NCBI GenBank assembly: GCA_965223375.1
Contig: OZ245000.1
Location: forward strand, 2,715,092 to 2,779,091
DNA length: 64,000 nt
DNA from: Candidatus Rariloculaceae bacterium
GTDB lineage: Bacteria; Pseudomonadota; Gammaproteobacteria; Steroidobacterales; Rariloculaceae
Reading direction: 5' to 3'
Shown piece by piece: positions 30,757-41,207 of the stretch. Made by a program: the position numbers and the translations under genes. Every line of letters starts with the position of its first letter. Within the stretch, counting starts at the first letter, position 1. Below the pieces are notes generated by a model that worked only from the letters and a program-made list of their open reading frames with translations, did no database searches and was not told the origin of the DNA.

Positions 30757-31838
30757 TGTGGGCCACCGACTATCTGACGGGGCTCTACTCCGGCTTCAAC
30801 GTCTTCAGCTACCTGACGATGCGCGCGATCCTGAGCGCCCTGACCGCGCTCGTGCTCTCACTCGCGCTTGGGCCCTATCTGATCCAGCGGCTGTCGTCGC
30901 GCAGTATCGGCCAGCCGATTCGCGACCTCGGGCCCGAGACGCATCTGCCGAAAGCCGGCACGCCCACGATGGGCGGAGCGCTGATACTGATCGCGATTGC
31001 GATTGCCACCGTGCTCTGGGCCGATCTCGGCAACCGCTTCGTCTGGATCGTGCTCGGCATCACGCTCGCTTTCGGCGTGATCGGTTTCGTCGACGATTAC
31101 CGGAAGTTGCGCGTCAGAAATTCGCAAGGCCTCAGCGCCGCGTCGAAATACTTCTGGCAATCGGTAGCCGCGCTCGCGGCCGGCGTGCTGCTCTACCTGA
31201 CGGCCGAGGATCCGGCAGTCGAGCATTCGCTGCTGATCCCGTATTTTCCGAACCTGATGATTCCGATGTCGGCCGTAGCCTACGTGGGTTTCGTCTATTT
31301 CGTGCTGGTCGGTAGCTCCAACGGGGTCAACCTGACCGACGGCCTCGACGGCCTCGCGATCATGCCGGCGGTGATGGTCGGCGGTGCGCTCGGCATCATC
31401 GCCTGGGTCGCGGGCAATACCGTTTTTTCTTCCTATCTCGGCATCCCCTACATCGCAGGGGCAGGCGAGATGCTGGTTTTCTGTGCGGCCCTGGCTGGCG
31501 CCGGTCTGGGCTTCTTGTGGTTCAACACGTACCCCGCACAAGTCTTCATGGGTGACGTCGGAGCGCTTGCGCTCGGCGCTGCTCTGGGGCTCGTCGCGGT
31601 CGTGGCGCGGCAAGAACTGGTACTTCTCATCATGGGCGGGGTTTTCGTCGTCGAAACCGTCTCAGTCATCATCCAGGTTGCCTCCTACAAGTTGACCGGC
31701 CGGCGCATTTTTCGCATGGCCCCGCTGCACCATCACTTCGAGCTCAAGGGCTGGGCCGAGCCGAAGGTCATCGTTCGTTTCTGGATCATCACTTTCATCC
31801 TCGTGCTCGTCGGGCTCGCGAGCCTGAAGGTTCGATGA
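30750..31838 (+). CDS. mraY: phospho-N-acetylmuramoyl-pentapeptide transferase
   Basis: 362 aa. N-terminus ..[22 protein letters not shown].., ..[10 protein letters not shown].., ..MAPLHHHFE.. blocks. Confidence 0.96.
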   Translation: MLMWATDYLTGLYSGFNVFSYLTMRAILSALTALVLSLALGPYLIQRLSSRSIGQPIRDLGPETHLPKAGTPTMGGALILIAIAIATVLWADLGNRFVWIVLGITLAFGVIGFVDDYRKLRVRNSQGLSAASKYFWQSVAALAAGVLLYLTAEDPAVEHSLLIPYFPNLMIPMSAVAYVGFVYFVLVGSSNGVNLTDGLDGLAIMPAVMVGGALGIIAWVAGNTVFSSYLGIPYIAGAGEMLVFCAALAGAGLGFLWFNTYPAQVFMGDVGALALGAALGLVAVVARQELVLLIMGGVFVVETVSVIIQVASYKLTGRRIFRMAPLHHHFELKGWAEPKVIVRFWIITFILVLVGLASLKVR

Positions 31839-33235
31839 TGGAGATGCTGCATTCTGCCGATGCCATATTCATCGACCGCAGACGTAACAGGATCGCCGAC
31901 ATGAACCCGGCACGGACGCTCATCGTCGGCCTCGGTGTGTCGGGTCTCGCCGCAGTCCGCCATCTGGTCGCCCACGGCGAGCGCGTCCGGGTCGTCGATT
32001 CGCGGGCCGAGCCCCCGGGGCTCGGCGAGCTCGCTGCGACCGCGCCTGCGGTGAGCGTGCACACCGGGTCCCTCGATGTGCGTCTGCTCGATGATGCGAG
32101 TCGGGTCGTCGTTTCGCCGGGTGTGGCACTCGACACGCCGCTGATCAATGCGGCGCGGGAACGCGGTATAGAGATCATCGGTGAGCTCGAGCTCTTTGCC
32201 CGCGCCGCGCCGGCGCCGGTCATCGCGGTGACCGGCTCGAACGGCAAGAGCACGGTGGTTACGCTCGCGACCGAGATTCTCGCGGCGCGCGGCGTCGCCG
32301 CGCTCGCCGGCGGCAACCTCGGGCCGCCGGCGCTCGATCTGCTGCGCGAGCCCACTCCGGATGCGTATGTCCTCGAGGTGTCGAGCTTTCAACTCGAGAC
32401 CACGCAGTCGCTGCGGCCGGTCGTGGCCGCGGTGCTGAACGTGACGCCCGACCACATCGACCGGCACGGCAGCCTCGAAGCCTATGCGGCCATCAAGTCG
32501 CAGTTGCTGAAGTCAGCCGACCGGGCCATCTGGAACGCCGACGACCGGCTCGTTCGGCTGATGGCGCGCGGGCACGACGATGCCGTCGCGTTCTCGGTCG
32601 AGCAGACACTTGACGAGGGCTGGTCGATCGTCGTTTGGGACGGCGGCCGCTGGCTCGCTCGCGATGCCGAGCCGCTGTTCGAGGCGGCGGCGCTCGCGCC
32701 CGCGCTGTCCGGCCGGTCCGGCGAGGCGAACGCGCTGGCCGCGCTGGCCCTGACCGAGCCTTTCGGCGGCGACACCGGGGCCGCCATCGACGTGCTGCGC
32801 AATTTCCGGGGACTGCCGCATCGGCTGGAGCTCGTTGCGACGCGGAATGGCGCTCGCTACGTGAACGACTCCAAAGCCACGAACGTCGGCGCGACCTGCG
32901 CGGCGATTGCGTCGACTGCCGGGGCGATCGTGCTGATTGCCGGCGGCCTCGGTAAGGACGCGGACTTCGGGCCGCTGGCCGAAGCAGCGCGCGGGCGCCT
33001 CCGCGCCGCGCTGCTGATCGGCAGGGCCGCGCCGGAGATCGCCGCTGTGCTCGATCCGGTTGCGGAGGTCGAAACCGTAGCGACACTAGGGGACGCGGTG
33101 CGCCGCGCGCAGGCGCTCGCGCAGCCCGGCGATTCGGTGCTGCTGTCGCCGGCCTGTGCGAGCCAGGACATGTTCAGCGACTACCGCCAGCGGGGCGAGG
33201 CTTTCGCGCAGGCGGTCAGGGACCTGGCAGAATGA
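31835..33235 (+). CDS. murD: UDP-MurNAc-L-Ala:D-Glu ligase
   Basis: Mur ligase. LIVGLGVSG Rossmann N-terminus and [11 protein letters not shown]-loop. ATG 31835 forms an ATGA overlap with mraY; alternative ATG at 31901 ([12 protein letters not shown]). Confidence 0.93.
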   Translation: MMEMLHSADAIFIDRRRNRIADMNPARTLIVGLGVSGLAAVRHLVAHGERVRVVDSRAEPPGLGELAATAPAVSVHTGSLDVRLLDDASRVVVSPGVALDTPLINAARERGIEIIGELELFARAAPAPVIAVTGSNGKSTVVTLATEILAARGVAALAGGNLGPPALDLLREPTPDAYVLEVSSFQLETTQSLRPVVAAVLNVTPDHIDRHGSLEAYAAIKSQLLKSADRAIWNADDRLVRLMARGHDDAVAFSVEQTLDEGWSIVVWDGGRWLARDAEPLFEAAALAPALSGRSGEANALAALALTEPFGGDTGAAIDVLRNFRGLPHRLELVATRNGARYVNDSKATNVGATCAAIASTAGAIVLIAGGLGKDADFGPLAEAARGRLRAALLIGRAAPEIAAVLDPVAEVETVATLGDAVRRAQALAQPGDSVLLSPACASQDMFSDYRQRGEAFAQAVRDLAE

Positions 33236-34431
33236 GCACGACGACCGACGCCGGGCGGCAGCCGTTCGATCAGGGCGTTCTCGCGGCCACGGCCGGGCTC
33301 GCGACCATCGGCGTCATCATGGTCAGCTCGGCATCGGTGGCGATCGGCGACAGGTTTGCCGGTGAGCCGCTCTACTATCTCTACCAGCATCTGGGTGCGA
33401 TCGGACTGGGGCTTGCTTGTCTGTTCGGCGCTGCAGCGATTCCGCTCCGCTTCTGGCACCGCGCCAACTGGCTCGTTCTGTTCGTCGCACTTGCGCTGCT
33501 CGTCGCCGTGCTGTTGCCGGGTCTCGGTCGCGAGGTGAACGGCAGTGTTCGCTGGATCGAGTTCGGCGCCGTCAGTCTCCAGGCATCCGAGCCTGCCCGG
33601 CTGCTGCTGATCATGTACCTGGCAAGCTATGCCGTTCGCCACAACATCGCGTTGACGTCGAGCCTCACCGGCTTCCTGAAGCCGATGGCGATCATCGGTA
33701 TCGCGGCCGTGCTCCTGTTGCTCGAGCCCGACTACGGTGCGGTCGTCGTGTTGACGGCGACCAGCCTGGGCGTGCTGTTCGCCGCCGGCGCGCGGCTCAG
33801 GGATCTCGGCGTCGTTGCGTTCGCAGCTGTCGTGCTGCTCGGCTTCGTCGCGTTGATGGAGAGCTATCGGGTCGCGCGCATCATGTCTTTTCGGGCACCG
33901 TTCGACGATCCCTACAACGACGGATTCCAGCTCGTGCAGTCGCTGATCGCGATCGGCAGCGGGGATCTGTTCGGCGTCGGGATCGGCGAGAGCGTGCAGA
34001 AACTGTTCTACCTTCCCGAAGCCCACACGGACTTCATCTTCGCGGTGCTGGCCGAAGAGCTCGGGCTCGTCGGCTCGACCGCGGTCATCGTGCTGTTCGG
34101 CCTGCTCGTCTGGCGGGCGCTCCTGATCGGGCGGCGGGCTCTCGACAACGGCATGCCGTTTCACGGCCTGCTGTGCACCGGTATCGGCATCACGCTGGCG
34201 CTGCAGGCCGGCATCAACATCGGCGTCAACACGGGCCTGCTGCCGACGAAGGGCCTGACGCTGCCGCTGATCAGCTACGGTCGCACCAGCACGGTAGTGA
34301 CGCTGGCGGCGATAGGCCTCCTGCTGCGGGCAGGTCTCGAGCTTTCGCGTGCGCCCGGCGGGCAGGCGTCGCCGCCGCCGGCGCGTCAGCCCCGCCGGCG
34401 GGCCGGCAGGCTGAGGGGTGCGGCGCGATGA
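33232..34431 (+). CDS. ftsW: peptidoglycan glycosyltransferase FtsW (SEDS family)
   Basis: 399 aa polytopic protein. SEDS blocks ..LQASEPARLLLIMYLA.., ..LPEAHTDFIFAVLAEELG.., ..LPTKGLTLPLISYG.. Confidence 0.94.
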   Translation: MSTTTDAGRQPFDQGVLAATAGLATIGVIMVSSASVAIGDRFAGEPLYYLYQHLGAIGLGLACLFGAAAIPLRFWHRANWLVLFVALALLVAVLLPGLGREVNGSVRWIEFGAVSLQASEPARLLLIMYLASYAVRHNIALTSSLTGFLKPMAIIGIAAVLLLLEPDYGAVVVLTATSLGVLFAAGARLRDLGVVAFAAVVLLGFVALMESYRVARIMSFRAPFDDPYNDGFQLVQSLIAIGSGDLFGVGIGESVQKLFYLPEAHTDFIFAVLAEELGLVGSTAVIVLFGLLVWRALLIGRRALDNGMPFHGLLCTGIGITLALQAGINIGVNTGLLPTKGLTLPLISYGRTSTVVTLAAIGLLLRAGLELSRAPGGQASPPPARQPRRRAGRLRGAAR

Positions 34432-35498
34432 CGGCGGGCCCGGTCATGATCATGGCGGGCGGCACCGGCGGGCACGTCTTTCCTGGGCTGGCAGTTGCCG
34501 ATGCGCTGCGGGCGCGGGATTGCGGCGTCGTCTGGCTCGGCACGCGTGGCGGACTCGAGGCGCGCCTCGTTCCCGAGCACGGCATCGACATTCATTTCAT
34601 CTCGATCGGCGGCGTGCGTGGCAAGCGGACGCTCGCCTGGATCGCGGCGCCGTTTCGTATCGTCGCCGCGATCATCCAGGCCCTGTCGGTGCTGCGTCGC
34701 TGCCGACCGAGTGTCGTTCTCGGCATGGGCGGCTTCGTCGCCGGGCCTGGCGGCGTCGCGGCCTGGCTCAGCAGGAAGCCGCTGATCATTCATGAGCAGA
34801 ACGCCGTTGCCGGCACGACGAACCGGTTGCTGAGCCGAATCGCGGATCGCGTCTTTCAGGCGTTCCCGGACAGTTTCGCGCGCAGCGATGCGATGACGAT
34901 CGGCAATCCGGTCAGAGAGTCGATATTCGCGGCCGGCCACGATCGACCGGTGACCGAGGGCCGCGCGCGGCTGCTGGTGTTCGGCGGCAGCCAGGGGGCC
35001 GAGGCGCTGAATCGATTGCTGCCGGCCGCTCTGGCCCTGCTGCCGGAAGACTCACGCCCGGCTGTCCGGCATCAGGCGGGCCGGTTCGCGGCCGAGACCG
35101 CAGCGCGCTACCGCGAAGCCGGCGTCGCCGCCGACGTCACCGAATTCATCCCCGATATGGCAGCGGCGTATCGCGAGGCGGACCTGGTCGTCGCGCGCGC
35201 CGGTGCGTTGACCGTCGCGGAGCTTGCTGCCGCCGGCGTCGGGGCGATCCTCGTGCCGTTGCCGCACGCCATAGACGATCACCAGACGCGCAACGCCGAA
35301 CACTTCGTGCGCGCCGGCGCCGGCCGACTGCTGACCGAAACGGAGGCTAGCCCGGCGGTGCTGCGCGGCCTGCTCGAGGAATGCCTGGCGCGGAAGCGGC
35401 ACCGCGCGCTGTCCGCCGCCGCGCTCGCGCTCGCGCAACCGGAGGCGACCGCCCAGCTCGCGGATGCCTGTCTCGCTGCAGCGGAGGCCGTGGCATGA
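34428..35498 (+). CDS. murG: UDP-GlcNAc:lipid I N-acetylglucosaminyltransferase
   Basis: 356 aa from MTAGPVMIMAGGTGGHVFPGLAVA. ATGA overlap with ftsW. The track ORF start 33417 is spurious. Confidence 0.95.
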   Translation: MTAGPVMIMAGGTGGHVFPGLAVADALRARDCGVVWLGTRGGLEARLVPEHGIDIHFISIGGVRGKRTLAWIAAPFRIVAAIIQALSVLRRCRPSVVLGMGGFVAGPGGVAAWLSRKPLIIHEQNAVAGTTNRLLSRIADRVFQAFPDSFARSDAMTIGNPVRESIFAAGHDRPVTEGRARLLVFGGSQGAEALNRLLPAALALLPEDSRPAVRHQAGRFAAETAARYREAGVAADVTEFIPDMAAAYREADLVVARAGALTVAELAAAGVGAILVPLPHAIDDHQTRNAEHFVRAGAGRLLTETEASPAVLRGLLEECLARKRHRALSAAALALAQPEATAQLADACLAAAEAVA

Positions 35499-36919
35499 GC
35501 GAGCGGATGGGCCGGATACGTTGCGTGCACTTCGTGGGCATTGGCGGCGTCGGCATGGCAGGCATCGCCGAAGTGCTGATCAGCCTCGGCTACGCGGTCC
35601 AGGGCTCGGACCTGAAACTCGGTCCGGCGACCGCCCGACTGGCGGCGCTCGGTGCCGCCATCACGGCGGGGCATGCCGCCGCGAATGTCGCAGATGCGGA
35701 CGTCGTCGTGGTCTCGAGCGCGGTGTCGCCCGATAACCCGGAGATCACCGAAGCGCACAGACGGCGGATACCGGTGGTACGGCGCGCGCAGATGCTGGCC
35801 GAGCTGATGCGTTTTCGCTATGGCATCGCCGTCGCCGGTACCCATGGCAAGACGACGACCACGAGCCTCGTGGCGAGCGTGCTGACCGAGGGCGGCCACG
35901 ATCCCACATTCGTGATCGGCGGCCGGCTGTTGTCCGCGGATGCGAACGCGCGGCTCGGCGAGGGTCGCTACCTCGTCGCCGAAGCCGATGAGAGCGACGG
36001 GTCGTTCCTGCACCTTCAGCCGATGGTCGCGATAGTGACGAACATCGACGCCGATCACCTCGAAACTTACGAAGGTGACATGGATCGGCTGCGGCAGGCT
36101 TTCAGGGAATTCCTTCACAACCTGCCGTTCTATGGCCTCGCGGTCATGTGCCGTGACGACGAAAACACGCGCGCGCTGATACCGGAGATCGGCCGCCGCA
36201 TCGTCAGCTACGGTCTCGACGAGCGCGCCGATGTCCGGGCGATCAGCGTCGAAGCGCGCGGACTGCAAACGGCGTTCGAGGTCCGGTTCAAGGCGACCGG
36301 CGAGACGGTGCCGTTCGTCGTCAACCTGCCGGGCATGCACAACGTCCTGAATGCCCTGTCCGCCATTGCCGTTGCGGTCGAGGTCGACATCCCGATGCCG
36401 GCCGTGCAGACGGCGCTGGCGAAGTTTTCCGGAATCGGCCGGCGCCTGGAGACGACCGGCGACGTCCAGACCGCGGCGGGCAGGATTCTGTTCGTCGACG
36501 ACTACGGCCACCACCCGACCGAAATCGCGGCGACGCTGGCCGCCGCACGCGATGCGTGGCCGGAGCGGCGAATCGTCGTCGTGTTTCAGCCGCATCGGTA
36601 CACGCGCACACGCGATCTGCTCGACGAGTTCGCGAGCGTGTTGAGTCGCTGCGACGTGCTGCTGCTGCTGCAGGTGTATGCGGCCGGCGAAGAGCCGATT
36701 GCCGGCGCCGACGGTCAGGCGCTCGCACGCGCCGTTCGTGCGCGAGGTGCTGTCGAGCCGGTATTCGTGGATGCGATCGACGATGCAGCGGGCGTGCTCG
36801 GCAATCTGATTGCGGATGGCGATGTCGTGCTGACGCTCGGCGCCGGCAGTGTCGGCACGCTCGCTCAGTCGTTGCCCGCGGCGCTGGCCAAGCCGGGCCT
36901 CGTCGGTGTCGGCAAGTGA
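35495..36919 (+). CDS. murC: UDP-N-acetylmuramate:L-alanine ligase
   Basis: 474 aa from MSERMGRIRCVHFVGIGGVGMAGIAEVL. P-loop AGTHGKTTTT. ATGA overlap with murG. Confidence 0.95.
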   Translation: MSERMGRIRCVHFVGIGGVGMAGIAEVLISLGYAVQGSDLKLGPATARLAALGAAITAGHAAANVADADVVVVSSAVSPDNPEITEAHRRRIPVVRRAQMLAELMRFRYGIAVAGTHGKTTTTSLVASVLTEGGHDPTFVIGGRLLSADANARLGEGRYLVAEADESDGSFLHLQPMVAIVTNIDADHLETYEGDMDRLRQAFREFLHNLPFYGLAVMCRDDENTRALIPEIGRRIVSYGLDERADVRAISVEARGLQTAFEVRFKATGETVPFVVNLPGMHNVLNALSAIAVAVEVDIPMPAVQTALAKFSGIGRRLETTGDVQTAAGRILFVDDYGHHPTEIAATLAAARDAWPERRIVVVFQPHRYTRTRDLLDEFASVLSRCDVLLLLQVYAAGEEPIAGADGQALARAVRARGAVEPVFVDAIDDAAGVLGNLIADGDVVLTLGAGSVGTLAQSLPAALAKPGLVGVGK

Positions 36920-37824
36920 TGAAGGCAGCGATGGCAACGGACGAAGGCAGCGAGCTCAGGTACGGCGAACCGATGGCGCGGCATACCTCGTGGCGTGCCG
37001 GCGGCCCGGCTGATGTGTTTTTCAGGCCGCGTTCCGTCGCCGCGCTGCAGCGTTTCCTGCAGGCGCAGCCGGCCGGCACGCCGCTGACCTGGGTCGGCCT
37101 CGGCTCGAATCTGCTCGTCCGTGACGGCGGAATACGCGGTGTCGTCGTCTGTCTGTCGGGCCTGCCGCGCGCGTTCGAGATCGGCGCAGCGGGCATCGCG
37201 CACGCCGGCGCCGGTCTGCCCTGCGCAACACTCGCGCGTCAGGCGGCCCGCGCGAACCTCGGGCCTGCAGCATTCTTTGCAGGCATCCCGGGCACGCTCG
37301 GCGGCGCGCTCGCGATGAATGCCGGCGCCTTCGGCGCCGAAACCTGGGACCGGATCGTTGCCGTGGAGACGCTCGACAGCCGCGGTGAGCGTCGCGAGCG
37401 GCGCCGGGACGAATTCGAGATCGGCTATCGGACGGTGAGCGGCCACGGCGACGCGTGCTTCATCGGCGCGACTTTCGACTTCGACGAGCAGGTCGAGCGT
37501 GAGGCCGCGGAGATTCGCTCACTGCTGGAAAGGCGGCGCGATACGCAGCCGATCGGTCCGCCGAGTGCCGGCTCGGTATTCCGGAATCCCCCGGGCGCGC
37601 ACGCCGCCGAGCTGATCGAGCAGGCGGGCCTCAAGGGGTACCGCATCGGCGCCGCGGTCGTCTCCGAAAAACATGCGAACTTCATATTGAATGAAGGCGA
37701 TGCCGCGGCGCGGGACATCGAGGCGCTGATTCTGCACGTCCAGGCGGTCGTCGAAGCGCACCACGGCGTGCATCTCGATCCCGAAGTCAGGATCGTCGGT
37801 GACGTCGACGGAGCGGTGCAATGA
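36919..37824 (+). CDS. murB: UDP-N-acetylenolpyruvoylglucosamine reductase
   Basis: 301 aa. ..HTSWRAGGPAD.., ..VGLGSNLLVRD.., ..GSVFRNPPG.. and ..SEKHANFILN.. MurB blocks. TGATG junction with murC; alternative ATG at 36931. Confidence 0.92.
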   Translation: MKAAMATDEGSELRYGEPMARHTSWRAGGPADVFFRPRSVAALQRFLQAQPAGTPLTWVGLGSNLLVRDGGIRGVVVCLSGLPRAFEIGAAGIAHAGAGLPCATLARQAARANLGPAAFFAGIPGTLGGALAMNAGAFGAETWDRIVAVETLDSRGERRERRRDEFEIGYRTVSGHGDACFIGATFDFDEQVEREAAEIRSLLERRRDTQPIGPPSAGSVFRNPPGAHAAELIEQAGLKGYRIGAAVVSEKHANFILNEGDAAARDIEALILHVQAVVEAHHGVHLDPEVRIVGDVDGAVQ

Positions 37825-38663
37825 GTCGCGCACGCCGCAACCGGCGACGGAAGGCCCCGGTCACGTTGCCGTCACTGCCGAGCATCCGGTTCCGCCTGAA
37901 CTGGCGGGTCTGGTTGCTTCCGCCGTTGACCGTGATGCTGCTGGTCGCTGCGGCCGACGTCGGCAGTGCGTGGGTCGACCGCCCGGTCACAGATCTGACC
38001 GTCGAGGGCGAGTTCGAGCGGGTCAGGCCGATCGATATCGAGGCCGCGCTCGGTTCCGTCCGGTCCAGGCGCTTCTTTACCCTCGACCTCGCGGAGCTTC
38101 GCGATGCGGTTGCTGCGCTCGACTGGGTGGACCGCGTCGAGGTGCGGCGGATCTGGCCCGGTGAGGTCTTCGTGCGTGTTACCGAGCACCGTGCGGCCGC
38201 AAGCTGGGGCGAGACGGGGCTCCTGAACACCCGTGGCGAGCTGTTTGCCGCGGACGCGCGATTTGCATACGCAGAGCTACCGCGGCTCGACGGTCCACCG
38301 GGCAGCGAGCGGCGCGTCGCGGCGCTCTACCTCGACATTCGCGAACGACTGGCGACCGTGAATCTGGCGCTGACGACACTGACGGTCGATGCGCGTGGTG
38401 CGCTCAGCTTCGCGCTCGCGACCGGTCAGGAGATCCGGATCGGGCGGGATGCATACGAGGCGCGGCTGGACCGGTTCTTCGACGTTGCGATCCCGGCGCT
38501 CGCAACCGAGTTCGAGGGGGTTCGCTACGTCGATCTGCGGTATCCGAACGGATTCGCCGTCGGCTGGCTGGAAAAGGCGGACGCGGCGGAGCAGCTCGAT
38601 CAGGCCGATGGGTCCGATCGGGCCGATGCGGCCGCAGGCGCGGAGGCGGCACCCGATGCCTAA
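37821..38663 (+). CDS. ftsQ: cell division protein FtsQ
   Basis: 280 aa. Basic N-terminus, single TM (WLLPPLTVMLLVAAA), POTRA-like ..VEGEFERVRPIDIEAAL..FFTLDLAELRDAV..VEVRRIWPGEVFVRVTE. Confidence 0.9.
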   Translation: MSRARRNRRRKAPVTLPSLPSIRFRLNWRVWLLPPLTVMLLVAAADVGSAWVDRPVTDLTVEGEFERVRPIDIEAALGSVRSRRFFTLDLAELRDAVAALDWVDRVEVRRIWPGEVFVRVTEHRAAASWGETGLLNTRGELFAADARFAYAELPRLDGPPGSERRVAALYLDIRERLATVNLALTTLTVDARGALSFALATGQEIRIGRDAYEARLDRFFDVAIPALATEFEGVRYVDLRYPNGFAVGWLEKADAAEQLDQADGSDRADAAAGAEAAPDA

Positions 38664-39888
38664 GCGCGACGAGCGAAATCTGATCGTCGGGCTCGACATC
38701 GGCACGTCGAAGGTCGTCGCCATCGTTGCCGAAGTGTCGCCGGAAGAGCGGATCGAGGTCATCGGCATCGGCTCGAGCGCGTCGCGGGGGCTCAAGCGCG
38801 GGGTCGTCGTCAACATCGAGTCGACCGTGCAGTCGATTCAGCGCGCAATCGAGGAAGCGGAGCTGATGGCCGGTTGCGAGATCAACACGGTCTACACGGG
38901 GATTGCCGGCAGCCACGTAAAGAGCATCAACTCGCACGGCATCGTCGCGATTCGGGATAAGGAAGTCTCCGCCGCGGATGTCGAGCGCGTCATCGATGCG
39001 GCGCGCGCGGTCGCCATTCCCGCCGACCAGCAGGTGCTCCACGTGCTGCCGCAGGAATTCATCATCGATTCCCAGGAAGGCATTCCGGAACCGATCGGCA
39101 TGGCGGGCGTCAGGCTGGAGGCGAAGGTTCACCTGGTTATCGGTGCGGTGAGCGCGGCGCAGAACATCATCAAGTGCGTGCAGCGCTGCGGGCTCAGCGT
39201 CGAGACGATGGTCCTCGAGCAGCTCGCGTCGAGCTATGCCGTGCTGACCGACGACGAGAAGGAGCTCGGCATCTGCCTCGTCGATGTCGGCGGCGGCACG
39301 ACCGACATCGCGGTCTTTTGCGGCGGCGCGATACAGCACACGGCCGTGATACCGATCGCGGGCACGCAGGTGACCAATGACATCGCGGTGTCGCTGCGCA
39401 CGCCCGCGCAGTACGCGGAAGACATCAAGATCAAGTACGCCTGCGCGCTGTCGCAGCTCGCGAATCCGGACGAGACGATAGAGGTACCGAGCGTCGGCGA
39501 CCGGCCGCCGCGGCGACTGGCGCGGCAGACGCTCGCCGAGGTCGTCGAGCCGCGCTACGAGGAGCTGTTCCAGCTCGTCCGGCAGGAACTGCGGCGGTCG
39601 GGCTTCGAGGAGCTGATAGCGGCCGGCATCGTGTTGACCGGCGGCTCGGCCAAGATGGAAGGGGCGGTTGAGCTGGCCGAGGAGGTTTTTCACATGCCGG
39701 TGCGCCTCGGCGTACCGCAGCACGTCGACGGGCTGTCCGACGTCGTGCGCAACCCCATTCATGCGACAGGCGTCGGCCTGTTGCTCTATGCAAAAGAATC
39801 CTTGCAGGCACGAAACGGCGCGACCGGGGGGAAGCGCGGTTTCGGTGCGTTGCAACGAATGAAAGCGTGGTTTCAAGGGAATTTCTAG
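38656..39888 (+). CDS. ftsA: cell division protein FtsA
   Basis: 410 aa from MPKRDERNLIVGLDIGTSKV. Actin-like DVGGGTTD motif, C-terminal amphipathic helix LQRMKAWFQGNF. 8-nt overlap with ftsQ. Confidence 0.95.
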   Translation: MPKRDERNLIVGLDIGTSKVVAIVAEVSPEERIEVIGIGSSASRGLKRGVVVNIESTVQSIQRAIEEAELMAGCEINTVYTGIAGSHVKSINSHGIVAIRDKEVSAADVERVIDAARAVAIPADQQVLHVLPQEFIIDSQEGIPEPIGMAGVRLEAKVHLVIGAVSAAQNIIKCVQRCGLSVETMVLEQLASSYAVLTDDEKELGICLVDVGGGTTDIAVFCGGAIQHTAVIPIAGTQVTNDIAVSLRTPAQYAEDIKIKYACALSQLANPDETIEVPSVGDRPPRRLARQTLAEVVEPRYEELFQLVRQELRRSGFEELIAAGIVLTGGSAKMEGAVELAEEVFHMPVRLGVPQHVDGLSDVVRNPIHATGVGLLLYAKESLQARNGATGGKRGFGALQRMKAWFQGNF

Positions 39889-39911
39889 CGATGGTTCGAG
39901 GAGTGCGAGAT

Positions 39912-41060
39912 ATGTTCGAGTTGATGGATGGCTACAGCGAGACTGCTGACATCAAGGTGATCGGTGTCGGCGGCGGGGGCGGCAATGCAGTGGCGCACAT
40001 GGTGCGGGCAGGCATCGAGGGCGTCGACTTCATCTGCGCCAATACCGATGCGCAGGCGCTGAAGAACGCGCAGGTGAAAACCGGTGTGCAGATCGGCTGC
40101 AATATCACCAAGGGTCTGGGCGCGGGTGCAAACCCGGACGTCGGCAGGCAGGCGGCAATGGAAGATCGCGACCGCATACAGGAGGTCATACGCGGTGCCG
40201 ACATGCTGTTCATCACGGCCGGTCTCGGTGGCGGTACCGGCACGGGCGCGGCGCCGGTGATCGCACAGCTCGCGAAGGAGCTCGGCATTCTGACGGTTGC
40301 AGTAGTCACACGGCCGTTCGACATGGAGGGCAAGAAGCGCATGCGGATCGCCGACCAGGGTATCGCCGACCTCGGCAAGTATGTCGATTCGCTGATTACG
40401 ATTCCGAACGAGAAGCTGCTGTCGGTGCTCGGTCCGCAGACGACCCTGCTCGATGCGTTCAAGGCCGCGAACGAAGTGCTGCAGGGTGCCGTGCAGGGCA
40501 TTGCCGAGCTGATCACGCGGCCCGGCCTGATCAACGTCGACTTCGCCGACGTCCGGACCGTGATGGGCGAGATGGGCATGGCGATGATGGGCTCGGGTGT
40601 CGCCACCGGCGAGGATCGTGCTCAGGTGGCTGCGGAGGCGGCGATCTCGAGCCCGCTGCTCGAGGACATCAACCTCGCGGGCGCGAAAGGCATCCTGATC
40701 AATGTCACGGCAGGGATGGATCTCGGTATCGGCGAATTCAAGGAAGTCGGCGATACCGTGAAGCAGTTCGCGTCCGACGATGCGACCGTGGTCGTCGGTA
40801 CGGTCATCGATCCGGAGATGTCGCAGGAGATTCGCGTGACGGTCGTCGCAACCGGCCTCGGCCAGGGGGCCGTGACGAAGGACGAAGACGAGCCGATGCG
40901 CGTCGTCCGGCCCGCCCGCACCGCCGACGAGCCGAACTATCGCGAGTTCGAGAAACCGGCGATCGCCCGGCGCCATCCGGCTGAGCTGGATCAGCTCCCG
41001 GACGAGGAAGCGCTCGACATGCTCGATGTGCCCGCATTTCTGCGGCGCCAGGCGAACTGA
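39912..41060 (+). CDS. ftsZ: cell division GTPase FtsZ
   Basis: 382 aa from MFELMDG. VIGVGGGGGNAV and tubulin signature GLGGGTGTGAAP. Conserved C-terminal peptide DMLDVPAFLRRQAN. Confidence 0.97.
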   Translation: MFELMDGYSETADIKVIGVGGGGGNAVAHMVRAGIEGVDFICANTDAQALKNAQVKTGVQIGCNITKGLGAGANPDVGRQAAMEDRDRIQEVIRGADMLFITAGLGGGTGTGAAPVIAQLAKELGILTVAVVTRPFDMEGKKRMRIADQGIADLGKYVDSLITIPNEKLLSVLGPQTTLLDAFKAANEVLQGAVQGIAELITRPGLINVDFADVRTVMGEMGMAMMGSGVATGEDRAQVAAEAAISSPLLEDINLAGAKGILINVTAGMDLGIGEFKEVGDTVKQFASDDATVVVGTVIDPEMSQEIRVTVVATGLGQGAVTKDEDEPMRVVRPARTADEPNYREFEKPAIARRHPAELDQLPDEEALDMLDVPAFLRRQAN

Positions 41061-41207
41061 GCCGCGGACTGCTTCCTTGCCGGCCTCGATTATGCTGTGC
41101 TACGTTGATTTCCGCTTCGTGGATCCGTACGCGAAGCGCAGGAGAGCGTCAGGTGGGGGGCGCTCGATTCCTGACGATCCGCGGAGTTCAGGACAGACGG
41201 TACGACG

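Noticed and set aside
35279-36937. 552-aa minus-strand ORF over murC. Similar shadows: 25866-27386 over ftsI and 38404-39876 over ftsA.
   Set aside because: These are antisense shadows of well-supported dcw genes in a high-GC genome. None shows independent coding signals.
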